Part shown: positions 17,536 to 27,119 of the stretch, piece after piece
How positions within the stretch are numbered: position 1 is the first letter of the stretch
Layout: every line of letters starts with the position of its first letter
Origin: Candidatus Bathyarchaeia archaeon
GTDB lineage: Archaea > Thermoproteota > Bathyarchaeia > Bathyarchaeales > Bathycorpusculaceae
Direction of reading: 5' to 3'
NCBI GenBank assembly: GCA_037481775.1
Contig: JBBFKZ010000001.1
Span: 160,001-224,000, forward strand
DNA: 64,000 bases
The notes under the pieces: model-generated
What the model was told of the DNA's origin: nothing
The model's database searches: none
Seen by the model: the letters and a program-made list of their open reading frames with translations, nothing else
Made by a program: the position numbers and the translations under genes

Positions 17536-20185
17536 ACTGTTTAAACATGGAAAACGCGGCATAAGCACCGTCATAGTCGTCATGCTAAGCCTAGTCCTCA
17601 TAGTAGTCATAGTTGGCAACGTAGTTCTCTGGAGCTATCAGATGAACCAGTTAGACATGGAAAGAATGCAGGAAACTCTGAGCCTCATTAATGCAACGCG
17701 CATAACCCGTTCCTCATGGAGCATCGCCCAAAGAGAGTACATTACCAGCGCTGGTAGTAAGCTAAGCGGAACGTTCGTAGATACAACTGCTGCCGATAGT
17801 CTCGCTGAAACTTTTAGAGAAGAACTTGAAGGAATTTATAGTTATAATCCTTCGAGTTATACGCTTGGCGGTGCAACAAGCTATGTATTAGGCGATATTT
17901 CAGACCTTGCGTTATCAGATGGAGTATGCATGAATTTCAGAAGTTACATGTCCAGTTCTCCCGCTAACGACAAGACTGACGCCTTCGTCGCTTACAGGGA
18001 TTCTACAACATCACTCAATACACCTAAATGGCGGGTATGGGATGGCGAAAGCTTAACATGGAACTCGCAGAGCGAGTTGCCAACAGCTAACAGCTCTGTC
18101 AGGTGGGTTCGCGTCGCATATTCGCCGCTGGAATCCAGAAGCTATGAAAAAATTGTCGTCACGCTGTCGGATGACGGCTACTTAGATGCTTATGTATGGA
18201 ATGGAGCAGCATGGAATGTTACAAGCAACATTGCCTTTCCCGGCACCTCCGCGAACGCGTATAGATGTTTTGATGTGGCTTACGAAAAAACAAGTGGCAG
18301 AGCACTACTGGTTTACTCAAGAGGCACGACAACAAACGAGATAGGCTACAGAAGATGGACGCCGGAAACAGGCTGGGGCCCTGAGCAACTTCTGGATTTA
18401 CCGTACACGTCAGGCATAGTGCGTTGGATCAGTCTAGCGAGTAGCCCTGGAGCACGTGCAGGAACAAGCGATGATAACGAGATAGCCATGATTTATCTAG
18501 ACGCGAACAACGATGTTCACGGCTACGTCTGGACTGGTTCAGCATGGAGCCTTATGGGTGCAACAGCAATCTGGGATGCCACAGCAGCAACGTCAACACG
18601 CGAGTGCATAGCCGTTGCCTACGAGCAGACCACAGGCGAAGCCATGTTCATCTGGGCGGATTCTGGAAGCAATCGTTTCTACTATAGAACATGGAATGGC
18701 GCAACCTTGAGCGCGGCAACTCTTCTAACTATAACAGCCACAGGAGGCGCTGGTTACTGGGTAACGCTGAAAGCTGATCCCGCATCCGATGACATGCTTT
18801 TCCTCGTAATTGATAGTGGAGCAGACCTCAACACGGCTTACTGGAACGGCAGTACATGGACAGTTCACACAGAACACGACGACACAGTCGACACAAATGC
18901 TAGGCGTTGCGCCGATTTCGCTTGGGAGCCCTCAGGCGGAAAAGGCTTACTAGTATGGGGAACAACCACTGGACAAATAGCATATAAGACGTTCGTTGCG
19001 CCAAACGCATGGGGCACGCAGCAAAACATTGCAATGGGCGGGGCAAGTAACATTCATCCTTGGGTGCAGTTGAGAACTAATCCTCGAAATGTCCCTGACG
19101 ACGTATTGATATTAGGCTTGGTCCTTGAGGGAACCGCTTATGATTTGGGCGCTATAAGCTGGGACGGGGCAACCTTAACCGTTCTAGGCTCAAGCGTTAT
19201 CTCAGCAAACACCACCGTAATTACATATGAGTGCTTCGAGTTGGAGTTCGCTAATTTTGGCGTGCCAACGTTTACGTGCGAAGTGGAGTTTTCAGGAAAA
19301 TCGGATGTCAAAAACTGGACCCAACTTCTCTGGGCAGCAGCTTTATCCTTCACAGTACCAGATGTAACAACAACGTTTCAATTATATAATTATAATTTGG
19401 GTCAGTATCCAACAAGTGGAAGTGGATACATAACCGACACCATCGGGCAAACTACGGTTCCAAAAAACCAGACTATACCAGTTTCCTCAACGGATTTTCG
19501 AGATGCCAACGGGAACTGGAAAATGAAAATAACTGGAACCAAAATCACCTATACGCAGTTTGAAATGCACGTTGACTGGATAGAATTTAAACCGACACTG
19601 TTTGATGTTTACCGCCTTAATGTCGTCAATAATTTTGCAGTGGATTTATCAACTTATCCGCGGGAACACATTCAGGGTTTAGAGTTGCTAATTAAGTATA
19701 AAGTCTCCGAAAGCTCGGAAAGATGGTTCTTAAAAGCGTATAACTGGCGCGCCGCTGCTTTCAGTGATGTAGGCTTCAACGTTACAGCTGGAAGCCAGCC
19801 GATACTTGGTGAATGGACTGAGTACGCTATAGCTGTTACAGACGATTGGGCTGATTACGTAAACGAAGAGGGCCTGGTTCGTGTAGAGCTTTTTGATGAA
19901 GGCACAGGTGCAAATCAGACTGTGTTGGAAATCGACTTCTTTGCAGTAAGAGTCATAATTGATGCCACACGCATAGACGTGAAAAACTCGAGTCCAATAA
20001 GCGTTCGCATCGTAGCAGTTTGGGTCATAAACTCTACAATGCATCAGCGCTACGATGTAGACATGTTGCTTAACGCTGGAGAAGCGGCAACGTATATCCG
20101 CGCGGACATAAAAATGCCGCAAGATACTTTTTTGGCAAAGGTTGTTACAGAAAGGGGCAATGTAGCCGTTTTCTCAAAAGACTAA
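17507..20185 (+). CDS. Large type IV pilin-like adhesin with inserted beta-propeller
   Basis: Class III signal KRG|ISTVIVVML, internal W[ND]GxxW repeats and C-terminal pilin motif VKNSS...KVVTERGN. Confidence 0.8.
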   Translation: MLQVITRRLKLFKHGKRGISTVIVVMLSLVLIVVIVGNVVLWSYQMNQLDMERMQETLSLINATRITRSSWSIAQREYITSAGSKLSGTFVDTTAADSLAETFREELEGIYSYNPSSYTLGGATSYVLGDISDLALSDGVCMNFRSYMSSSPANDKTDAFVAYRDSTTSLNTPKWRVWDGESLTWNSQSELPTANSSVRWVRVAYSPLESRSYEKIVVTLSDDGYLDAYVWNGAAWNVTSNIAFPGTSANAYRCFDVAYEKTSGRALLVYSRGTTTNEIGYRRWTPETGWGPEQLLDLPYTSGIVRWISLASSPGARAGTSDDNEIAMIYLDANNDVHGYVWTGSAWSLMGATAIWDATAATSTRECIAVAYEQTTGEAMFIWADSGSNRFYYRTWNGATLSAATLLTITATGGAGYWVTLKADPASDDMLFLVIDSGADLNTAYWNGSTWTVHTEHDDTVDTNARRCADFAWEPSGGKGLLVWGTTTGQIAYKTFVAPNAWGTQQNIAMGGASNIHPWVQLRTNPRNVPDDVLILGLVLEGTAYDLGAISWDGATLTVLGSSVISANTTVITYECFELEFANFGVPTFTCEVEFSGKSDVKNWTQLLWAAALSFTVPDVTTTFQLYNYNLGQYPTSGSGYITDTIGQTTVPKNQTIPVSSTDFRDANGNWKMKITGTKITYTQFEMHVDWIEFKPTLFDVYRLNVVNNFAVDLSTYPREHIQGLELLIKYKVSESSERWFLKAYNWRAAAFSDVGFNVTAGSQPILGEWTEYAIAVTDDWADYVNEEGLVRVELFDEGTGANQTVLEIDFFAVRVIIDATRIDVKNSSPISVRIVAVWVINSTMHQRYDVDMLLNAGEAATYIRADIKMPQDTFLAKVVTERGNVAVFSKD

Positions 20186-21165
20186 TCAGCGCCTAGTTTC
20201 TTTTTTAACGAAACTATAGCTTCTTCTTGGTTTTCAGCCTCTATTGAATCGATGTTATACAATTCTGCCATTTTCTTCCCGTTTTCGCTGAGTTTTGGAA
20301 TTGCAATTAAGTAGGCTTTTTCAGGTGAAACATCGAATATCTTGGCAAATAATGCGATAACTGGCTGTTCTGACACAACTTTTTCAGTCGTAGTTGCCAA
20401 ATCAAGCACGATCATTTTCTTTGGCTCGTCGCCTTTGTAGGCAGCTATGTCGAAGGAATGGTTTGCGCCCGATTTGCCTTTGAGAATCGCGGGGCTTTCA
20501 ACCGTTAATCCTTTTTCTACGAGAGTTTCTCGTATTGTAGCAATCGCAAACCAGTTCAAGAAGGATTCTGCTTTGATATTCTCTGTTATTTTGTACGCGT
20601 ACACGTCTCTGATGACACATTCTTCAAATGTGGAATTTGTATGGCAGTTCCTGCAGAAATTGATGGTTACGGGAATGTCAAAGCTTTTACCGCACTCGTT
20701 GCACGTGCACCAGATTCCTGCTTTTCTATAATCAACATCAATTTTTCTCAGCGGTTCACGACATTTCGGGCAGACATATTTGTCTCCTTCAAGAAAGTTC
20801 TCCTCTACGTCCATGTAGCCGCATTTTATGTGCTCTATCAACGCGCTTTTTTGAATATTAATTGATTTACAGAAGGGGCAACAGTAACGAACAGAAATGT
20901 TTGCGGAATCACATTTTGGGCAAAAAATGACTTTGTCATAAAGCTTCCTTTCCAAGATACCTGTAGCGTAAAGCTTGTTTAAGAAAGGCAAGACCTGCGC
21001 CTGGTCACCTACAATGTCCTCCACTACTGGGTATTTATAACCGGCTTTTGGATCGTAAACAGGTTCAAGGCTTTCAAATTTTCCGCTCAGAAATTTGCTT
21101 AACAAAACTTGTACATTCCGATCCTTATAGAGTGTAGGCGTCTCTTTTTTTTCAGTATTTTGCAT
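20182..21165 (-). CDS. TackOD1 (thaumarchaeal output domain 1) protein with C-terminal restriction-endonuclease-like domain
   Basis: LEPVYDPKAGYKYP, wHTH, a run of CxxC zinc ribbons with EHIKCGY, then KGKSGANHSFDI. Confidence 0.75.
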   Translation of the reverse strand: MQNTEKKETPTLYKDRNVQVLLSKFLSGKFESLEPVYDPKAGYKYPVVEDIVGDQAQVLPFLNKLYATGILERKLYDKVIFCPKCDSANISVRYCCPFCKSINIQKSALIEHIKCGYMDVEENFLEGDKYVCPKCREPLRKIDVDYRKAGIWCTCNECGKSFDIPVTINFCRNCHTNSTFEECVIRDVYAYKITENIKAESFLNWFAIATIRETLVEKGLTVESPAILKGKSGANHSFDIAAYKGDEPKKMIVLDLATTTEKVVSEQPVIALFAKIFDVSPEKAYLIAIPKLSENGKKMAELYNIDSIEAENQEEAIVSLKKKLGAD

Positions 21166-21443
21166 TTTATTCGATCTCTTCTGATGAACCCTTTGTTTAG
21201 CCTAAATTAATTACTCAGTGTTTTATATTTTGTTGAATTTGCAAATATTACTTTTACGCATGCCGTCCTTCTTAGTTTTGAGTTAAACGTTTCAGCTCAT
21301 TTTGAAGTATGAACGATTTTTTGGAGAAAACGGTTTGTATCTTCAACCTGCAGCTTATCAGAAGCGCTATTGCGCTTATGAGTCAGCTTTTTTAACGCGA
21401 AACCCGTATTCACACTGTGCACGTACATGGAGAAGGTAGCTGA

Positions 21444-22325
21444 ATGACAGATTACCCTCGTTTTGGCCCAGCGGGAATTCCGCCTCTCTTCAAAATTCTA
21501 GGTGCAGAATTGGCTGATGTTCCAAGACTTTTACGGGAAGAAGGGCTAGACGCTTTTGAGTATCAGGCAGTCCGCTGGGGGCAAACTCCTCAACTTAGGC
21601 GGGAGGATGCTGAGGCGCTCGGTGCTGAGGCAAGAAAGAATAATGTTTTGCTTAGTGTTCACGGTTCCTATTATGTTAATCTCTGTGGTAAAAAAGAGGT
21701 TGTGGAAGCAAGCAAAAGGCGCTTAATCGCCTGCGCAACTGCGGCGCAGTGGATGGGCGCTTACATTTTGGTTTTTCACCCCGGGTTTTATGGGCGCATG
21801 GAAAAAAGCTACGCTTTTAAAACCTGCGTCGAGGCATTGAAGGATACTGTTTCAGCTCTGAATGGTATGGGGGTTACCGTGAAGTTAGGTCCTGAAACCA
21901 TGGGGCGAGTTTTCCAAGTAGGCACATTGGAAGAAATCTTGGCTATTTGCGAAGAAGTTGAACAGACCCTGCCTGTTATTGACTGGTCGCATCTATACGC
22001 TCGACATCAAGGGGGCTTCCGAAAAACAGATGATTTCCGCGCTATAGTTGAAGAAGTTGAAAAAAGATTAGGGCCTGAGGCGGCGAGAAGCATGCACTGT
22101 CACTTCAGCAGAATTGAGTACACGGCCAAGGGTGAAAGGCGCCACCATGTACTAGACGAGAAAAGGTATGGCCCAGACTTCGAGATGCTGGCAGAGGTTA
22201 TAGCTGAATTTAAAATGCGCCCTGTCGTCATATGCGAAACGCCGCTTTTAGATGTAGACGCAATGAAAATGCGCGCAATCTTTAGAAGCATTGTGGAAAA
22301 TAGTGAAGGCGCTGGCAAGTCATGA
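21444..22325 (+). CDS. nfo: Endonuclease IV (AP endonuclease 2, TIM barrel)
   Basis: RFGPAG, SVHGSYYVNL, VFHPG, GPETMG, IDWSHLYAR, HCHFS, ICETP. Confidence 0.9.
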   Translation: MTDYPRFGPAGIPPLFKILGAELADVPRLLREEGLDAFEYQAVRWGQTPQLRREDAEALGAEARKNNVLLSVHGSYYVNLCGKKEVVEASKRRLIACATAAQWMGAYILVFHPGFYGRMEKSYAFKTCVEALKDTVSALNGMGVTVKLGPETMGRVFQVGTLEEILAICEEVEQTLPVIDWSHLYARHQGGFRKTDDFRAIVEEVEKRLGPEAARSMHCHFSRIEYTAKGERRHHVLDEKRYGPDFEMLAEVIAEFKMRPVVICETPLLDVDAMKMRAIFRSIVENSEGAGKS

Positions 22326-22441
22326 ATGAAATATGCAGCAAGAGGCTACAGTTGGGATTCTTAGTTAGCGGGAAGTCAGCTACTTATGGGAGAAGCTTGA
22401 ATCGCGCGGGGTATAAGCTTGTATGGGAAATAATTTTGTTG

Positions 22442-25138
22442 TTAACTTAGGAAACTTTCCAGTTTAGTTAGTCCGATGATTTCGTCGAAGCTTAAGCCCA
22501 GCGCATCCAGCACTTGCTCAAAAGTTGACTGTAAGTATGCAATATATTTGTCCACGTCAACTTCATTGTTTGTCGCAAGCTCTACTGGTTTTACATGAGG
22601 CTCCCTAACGGTTTTGACGAAACTAATCAAATCGCCTGCTCGGATTTCTATACCGTTCTTTTCCAAAATCTTGGCAGCTTTAACGTGCTGTGGCGTGGTT
22701 TTCGTGTAGCGGTAAAGCTCTTCACCTAAAACAACATGAAAGGCAAGTTCGCTGAGGCTTTCCCATTCTCTTCGCTTCAGCCGCATGTAACGCTCACGTA
22801 CAATGTTGGCTATGTCCTTCTTCGCCTTTTCGAAGTCCGCCGGCGTCTTAACCTGCGCAAGCCGCTCTTTCATCTGGTTAAACGCGTTTTTTATGTAGAT
22901 GGGTATGTGCTTTTTCTTTCCTGTAAGCCCCTTAACGTCTACAGTGCCGTCTTCCAAAACACCCAGATAATTCTTTTTGCGGCTGCTGAAAACTGCGTAT
23001 CTGTAAACTTTATCCACGTCTATATTCATTTTTAGCGCTTGCTCGGTCCAACGAGCTAGCTCGGCAATTTGCTCCTTAGTGGGGTTCTTAAGGAAAAGGC
23101 TATCCGTGTCCCCGTAAAGCACCTGTATACCTAACTCGCCGGCTTTGTTGAGTATTTGCGTTATAGCATGGCGGCCTATGGCTGCAGTGGCTTCCGCTAC
23201 TGGCGGGCAATACAAATCGAAGCTGGCGGCTCCGAAAACTCCGTAGCTGGCGTTCAAGATAACTTTTAATGCGCCTTGGGTGATGCCATACCAGCTTCGC
23301 AGCTCAGCAGGCAAGCTTTTGTCTTTGGCTTTTAGTTTGTACCAGCGTACACGTAAATCTCTCAATGAGCCAATAAGCAGGCTTTCTAAGGCTCGTTTTC
23401 TGGTGCAAACCCAATGCGGCGTGCCAGGTATCACATTTTGGCGGCATTCCGAATGTGGACAGAGGATTGACTGGTAGCCGAGGTTCCAAACCTTAATTAT
23501 TGAAGGATATAGGCTTGGAAAGTCCATGACGGCGACGTTGAAGTGGACGCCGGGCACGGGTTCGACGACTATGGCGCCTTTGTATTTTTTGCCTTTGATG
23601 ATGGCGGTGGTTGCGGTTTTGCCTTTCTTCGCAAGTATGTCTTCAGCGTTGGGAATCAGCATGTTGCGTCTGCGGTGCTCTCGGTGCATGAAGTTGCGTA
23701 TCCAGCGGCTTACTCCCTGGCGGCTTACGTCTTCCATGGGCATGCTGCTTATTCGCGCGAGAACGAGGATTAGCTTCATGGCTAGCTCGTCTTCGACGCT
23801 GGTCAGTTTGAAAGTGATTTCTGAGTCTCTGAGGCAGTATTGCGCCAGTTCGGAGTAAGTTAGTTCTCCGAAGCTTTTTTCCAGCCGAATTTTTTCCACG
23901 CCTATTATGGCTTTGCCCACGTCATCAAGTGTCACGTCTCGATAACGATTGTTGTAGGCGTAGATTTGAATTGACCTGTTGAAGAAGAACTTGTATAAAT
24001 CAATGTGCACGCCATATTTCAGTAAACAGACGCGCTTACCAACCTCTATGGGAATCTCGCTCTTTTTAATACCTAGATTCAGCGCGCGGTGAGCAAGATA
24101 GCGTAGGTCAAAATCGTCGCCATTGAAAGTTAAAATGAACGGGTATTCCCATAGCACTTCAAAGACCGCTCTGAGCAGTTCTTCTTCCTTATCAAAATAT
24201 TCCAGAGAAACGTCCGCAGGCAAGTGTTCTTTTCCCTCACGGACACCTTCGCGTCTTAGAAGAAGCACTCTTTTTTTATTGTCTGAGCTGTATACGGAAA
24301 CACAGATGATTTTATATTCAGCCTTGCGCGGGTCTGGCACTCTCGTGGAGACAGGCGCGTAAACCTCTATGTCAATGGCTGCTCTGCGAAATTTAGGCGC
24401 AGGATACTCCAGCAGCCTCGCCCAACTTTCAACGTATTCAAGTTCTTCAGCTGACTCCTCTTTGAAAATGGCCTTTATCTGCTCAAGAGTTTCTTCAGTC
24501 TTCTCCAAGGTTACAGGAACAAGGTTGCCGTTTTTGACTTCATAGATCATTCCTGGAAAAAGCTGTCTATCATAAATGTAGCATTGGTAGTACTTTATTC
24601 GTGCCTCCCAAACCTTTGCTTCTTCATTATTCACCATTCCTTCAGATATTTTCGGGAAATCCTCCGGTATTATGTCTCTTATAGTGCCTTGTGGGCGGCC
24701 ACCTATAGCTAAAGGATCATTTGCAACAATTTTTGTTACCTGCACTTTCCTATCGAGAAGGGGATCGAACTTTTCTTCAAGAACAAAACGGTCAAAACCC
24801 TCATGCTTCACTAGTCGATCAATCTTCTCCAGCTCGTATTGTGAAAGGTTGGTGAAACAATAAGGCTTATGCCCAGTGTTATCATACCAGAAATAAATTT
24901 TTTCCGAGATAGGCTCATAGAGTTTAATCACCGCTTTCCTTGACTGCCCATCGTAGGCTGCTGAAACAAAATATGACGGCGGCAGGTTCTCTGGTGCTAC
25001 AGGAGGAAAAGCAAGTTTTGCTGCCTTTTTCGCGTCAGCAGGCGTCGCTTCAGTGCTGAACGCAACAGCTTTTGGCGCAGCTTCGTTGGGAGATTTCTTC
25101 TCCACCTGTGAATAGTCCAGTAAACTTCTCTGTGCCAT
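22442..25138 (-). CDS. polB1: Family B DNA polymerase, PolB1 type
   Basis: Exo motifs AIDIE, FNGDDFD, YCLRD; pol motifs DFPSLYPS, KVILNASYG, YGDTDS, KKNY; N-terminal WYDNTGHKPY of PolB1. No intein. Confidence 0.95.
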   Translation of the reverse strand: MAQRSLLDYSQVEKKSPNEAAPKAVAFSTEATPADAKKAAKLAFPPVAPENLPPSYFVSAAYDGQSRKAVIKLYEPISEKIYFWYDNTGHKPYCFTNLSQYELEKIDRLVKHEGFDRFVLEEKFDPLLDRKVQVTKIVANDPLAIGGRPQGTIRDIIPEDFPKISEGMVNNEEAKVWEARIKYYQCYIYDRQLFPGMIYEVKNGNLVPVTLEKTEETLEQIKAIFKEESAEELEYVESWARLLEYPAPKFRRAAIDIEVYAPVSTRVPDPRKAEYKIICVSVYSSDNKKRVLLLRREGVREGKEHLPADVSLEYFDKEEELLRAVFEVLWEYPFILTFNGDDFDLRYLAHRALNLGIKKSEIPIEVGKRVCLLKYGVHIDLYKFFFNRSIQIYAYNNRYRDVTLDDVGKAIIGVEKIRLEKSFGELTYSELAQYCLRDSEITFKLTSVEDELAMKLILVLARISSMPMEDVSRQGVSRWIRNFMHREHRRRNMLIPNAEDILAKKGKTATTAIIKGKKYKGAIVVEPVPGVHFNVAVMDFPSLYPSIIKVWNLGYQSILCPHSECRQNVIPGTPHWVCTRKRALESLLIGSLRDLRVRWYKLKAKDKSLPAELRSWYGITQGALKVILNASYGVFGAASFDLYCPPVAEATAAIGRHAITQILNKAGELGIQVLYGDTDSLFLKNPTKEQIAELARWTEQALKMNIDVDKVYRYAVFSSRKKNYLGVLEDGTVDVKGLTGKKKHIPIYIKNAFNQMKERLAQVKTPADFEKAKKDIANIVRERYMRLKRREWESLSELAFHVVLGEELYRYTKTTPQHVKAAKILEKNGIEIRAGDLISFVKTVREPHVKPVELATNNEVDVDKYIAYLQSTFEQVLDALGLSFDEIIGLTKLESFLS

Positions 25139-25260
25139 CCCGATTCTCGTCCCTAGCCTACACTTATAGGCTAGCGCAGACTAAAATCTTTACCGACCAC
25201 GCGCAGCGGAGTTACGCTACTTCAGAATGCAACTATTTGCTTGAAATAGATAATAAGACG

Positions 25261-25312
25261 ATAGCCCCTCTATAGGTTTCTGCATTGAATTGCTAATATG
25301 CGCCAAATATGA
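25261..25312. repeat. Dispersed intergenic repeat, copy 2
   Basis: Same orientation as 9207..9259; differs only by one C in the C-run. Confidence 0.92.
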
Positions 25313-25361
25313 CGGGTGCTGCCGAGAAGCGCATGTGCAAAAACATATCTTACGTATTTCA

Positions 25362-25760
25362 CTATGCTGTTTGAGCCATTTGTTGCTCTTTTTTACTTTC
25401 TGCGGGTTTTTGTGGTTTTTCAATGATTTTCGCGTTTATCTGCACGATTTCGTCGGTTATTATGTTTCCTCGTACGGTTTTTCGTTTTCGTTCTCCTTCT
25501 TTTTTAGGGTTAAAGCCTGTTCCGCCGCTCAGTATGACTTTTCGGCGGCCGCCGCCGTGCACGTTTGCCCTCATGGGTATTCCGTCTTTGTCTGAGCCGC
25601 CTGTGATCTGTAGCTTGTGCGCTGGTAAATCCACTATGGAGCCGTCTACTACCTCGCCGATTTTTCTTCCAATGAGTGGTGCTGCACGTGTTTCTTCAAG
25701 CTCAACTACCTTTGAAGTTCCCGTCTCCGGGTCAGATACTATTACCTTGAATTTAGCCAT
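25362..25760 (-). CDS. rps6e: 30S ribosomal protein S6e
   Basis: FKVIVSDP, ITGGSDKDGIPMR, GERKRKTVRGN, QINAKI. Confidence 0.97.
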   Translation of the reverse strand: MAKFKVIVSDPETGTSKVVELEETRAAPLIGRKIGEVVDGSIVDLPAHKLQITGGSDKDGIPMRANVHGGGRRKVILSGGTGFNPKKEGERKRKTVRGNIITDEIVQINAKIIEKPQKPAESKKEQQMAQTA

Positions 25761-25902
25761 GTGTCACTTTACTCTCCAGCGAAGTATGAAGTTAAGTATC
25801 TCTCTATTAAGGATTTATGGCGAATATGCCGCTGTTCAAGCCGTAAAAGTGCTTTTCTCTGGCATAAACATTTTAATCCAACCCTAGAGAAGTCTTGCTG
25901 TT

Positions 25903-27096
25903 ATGTGGCGGTTGGGCTTCTTCTTCCACGAAATTGCGTTCGGCTTGCTTTCGATATTTATCCCTCTGTATGTAGTAACACCAGCTGTTGGTGGTTCACT
26001 AGTTGACCTAGGCATAATGACTTCCTTAGCACTGCTTTCGGCTATACCTGCCTCCTTCTTCTGGGGTTACATCTGCGACAGAACCAGACATTATAAGCTC
26101 TACATTCTTCTGTCGTTTATTTCACTGGCTGTTATACTTTACCTTCTGACCTTCGCCACAGACGTTCGCACGTTCACTTTTCTTTACGTAGTAATGGCTG
26201 TCCTTCACGTCGCCCATGAAGCACCAAAAAACGTTCTGATAGCCGAGCACTACCCAAGGGAAGATTGGGGGAAATCCTATGCCCTTTATGAGGGCTTTAC
26301 GGAGATCGGTTCACTAATTGGCTTGCTAATAGGCTTGTTTACGTTCACAGCTGCTTTAACCCCCCCTCTCATCTTGTTTCTGTGCAGCGGCTTAAACTTG
26401 GCAGCTTTTATTTTATCCATCTTCTTAGTGGCGGATCCGCTTATAATCTTCGAAAGAAGACTGGTCAGCATAGAAAAAAAGATTGACTACACCTACAACG
26501 GCTCGCGGATCTTTGCTAAGCTTTCGGATGGATTATCTCTTCGTGAAAAGTTCAAAAGCGAAAACTTCAAGGTATTTAGCGCTGGCTTGGTTCTTTTTTC
26601 TCTGGCTTCCAGCTTATTCTTCACGCCGCTGCCAATATTCTTCTCCAAAGCGCTTGACTTACCCGAGAACATGGTATTCCTGATTTACGTGCTAAATTCC
26701 AGCGGCGTCATGTTCGGTTACTTTTTGGCAGGAAAAAAAGCGGCTTCTCCAAATGCAAAATTGCATGTTCAGCGGCTTGCGCTTCTTCGAGGCACATTAG
26801 TTCTCGCATTGGTCTTCATAGTCAATTTGGCTTTCTCGCCGACGCCTTTGGCCTCCGTAATCTTGATTTTCATGGGTTTCGCATACGCTTTTTATCATAT
26901 TCTAACGCTTTCGCTGTCTATGGAGTTGATTCCCGCTGGAAAAGCAGGTTTGTTTGATGTGCTTGTGGGCTTAGGCTCCTCTTTAGGCTCTTTTCTAGGT
27001 CCTTTCTTGGCTGAAACCTTTGGTTTTCTGCTTCAGTTCATGATTGCAAGCGCCATATTCTTTATGGCTTATGTGTTTTTCAAACTTTTTTACTGA
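25903..27096 (+). CDS. MFS transporter
   Basis: About 12 hydrophobic segments and motif-A-like WGYICDRTRHYK. Confidence 0.85.
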   Translation: MWRLGFFFHEIAFGLLSIFIPLYVVTPAVGGSLVDLGIMTSLALLSAIPASFFWGYICDRTRHYKLYILLSFISLAVILYLLTFATDVRTFTFLYVVMAVLHVAHEAPKNVLIAEHYPREDWGKSYALYEGFTEIGSLIGLLIGLFTFTAALTPPLILFLCSGLNLAAFILSIFLVADPLIIFERRLVSIEKKIDYTYNGSRIFAKLSDGLSLREKFKSENFKVFSAGLVLFSLASSLFFTPLPIFFSKALDLPENMVFLIYVLNSSGVMFGYFLAGKKAASPNAKLHVQRLALLRGTLVLALVFIVNLAFSPTPLASVILIFMGFAYAFYHILTLSLSMELIPAGKAGLFDVLVGLGSSLGSFLGPFLAETFGFLLQFMIASAIFFMAYVFFKLFY

Positions 27097-27119
27097 AAAA
27101 AAGAAAAGAGAAATGAGAA

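Noticed and set aside
22442-25138. Intein, or mobile-element (casposon/viral) polymerase
   Set aside because: Length and motifs fit an uninterrupted cellular PolB1 among housekeeping genes.
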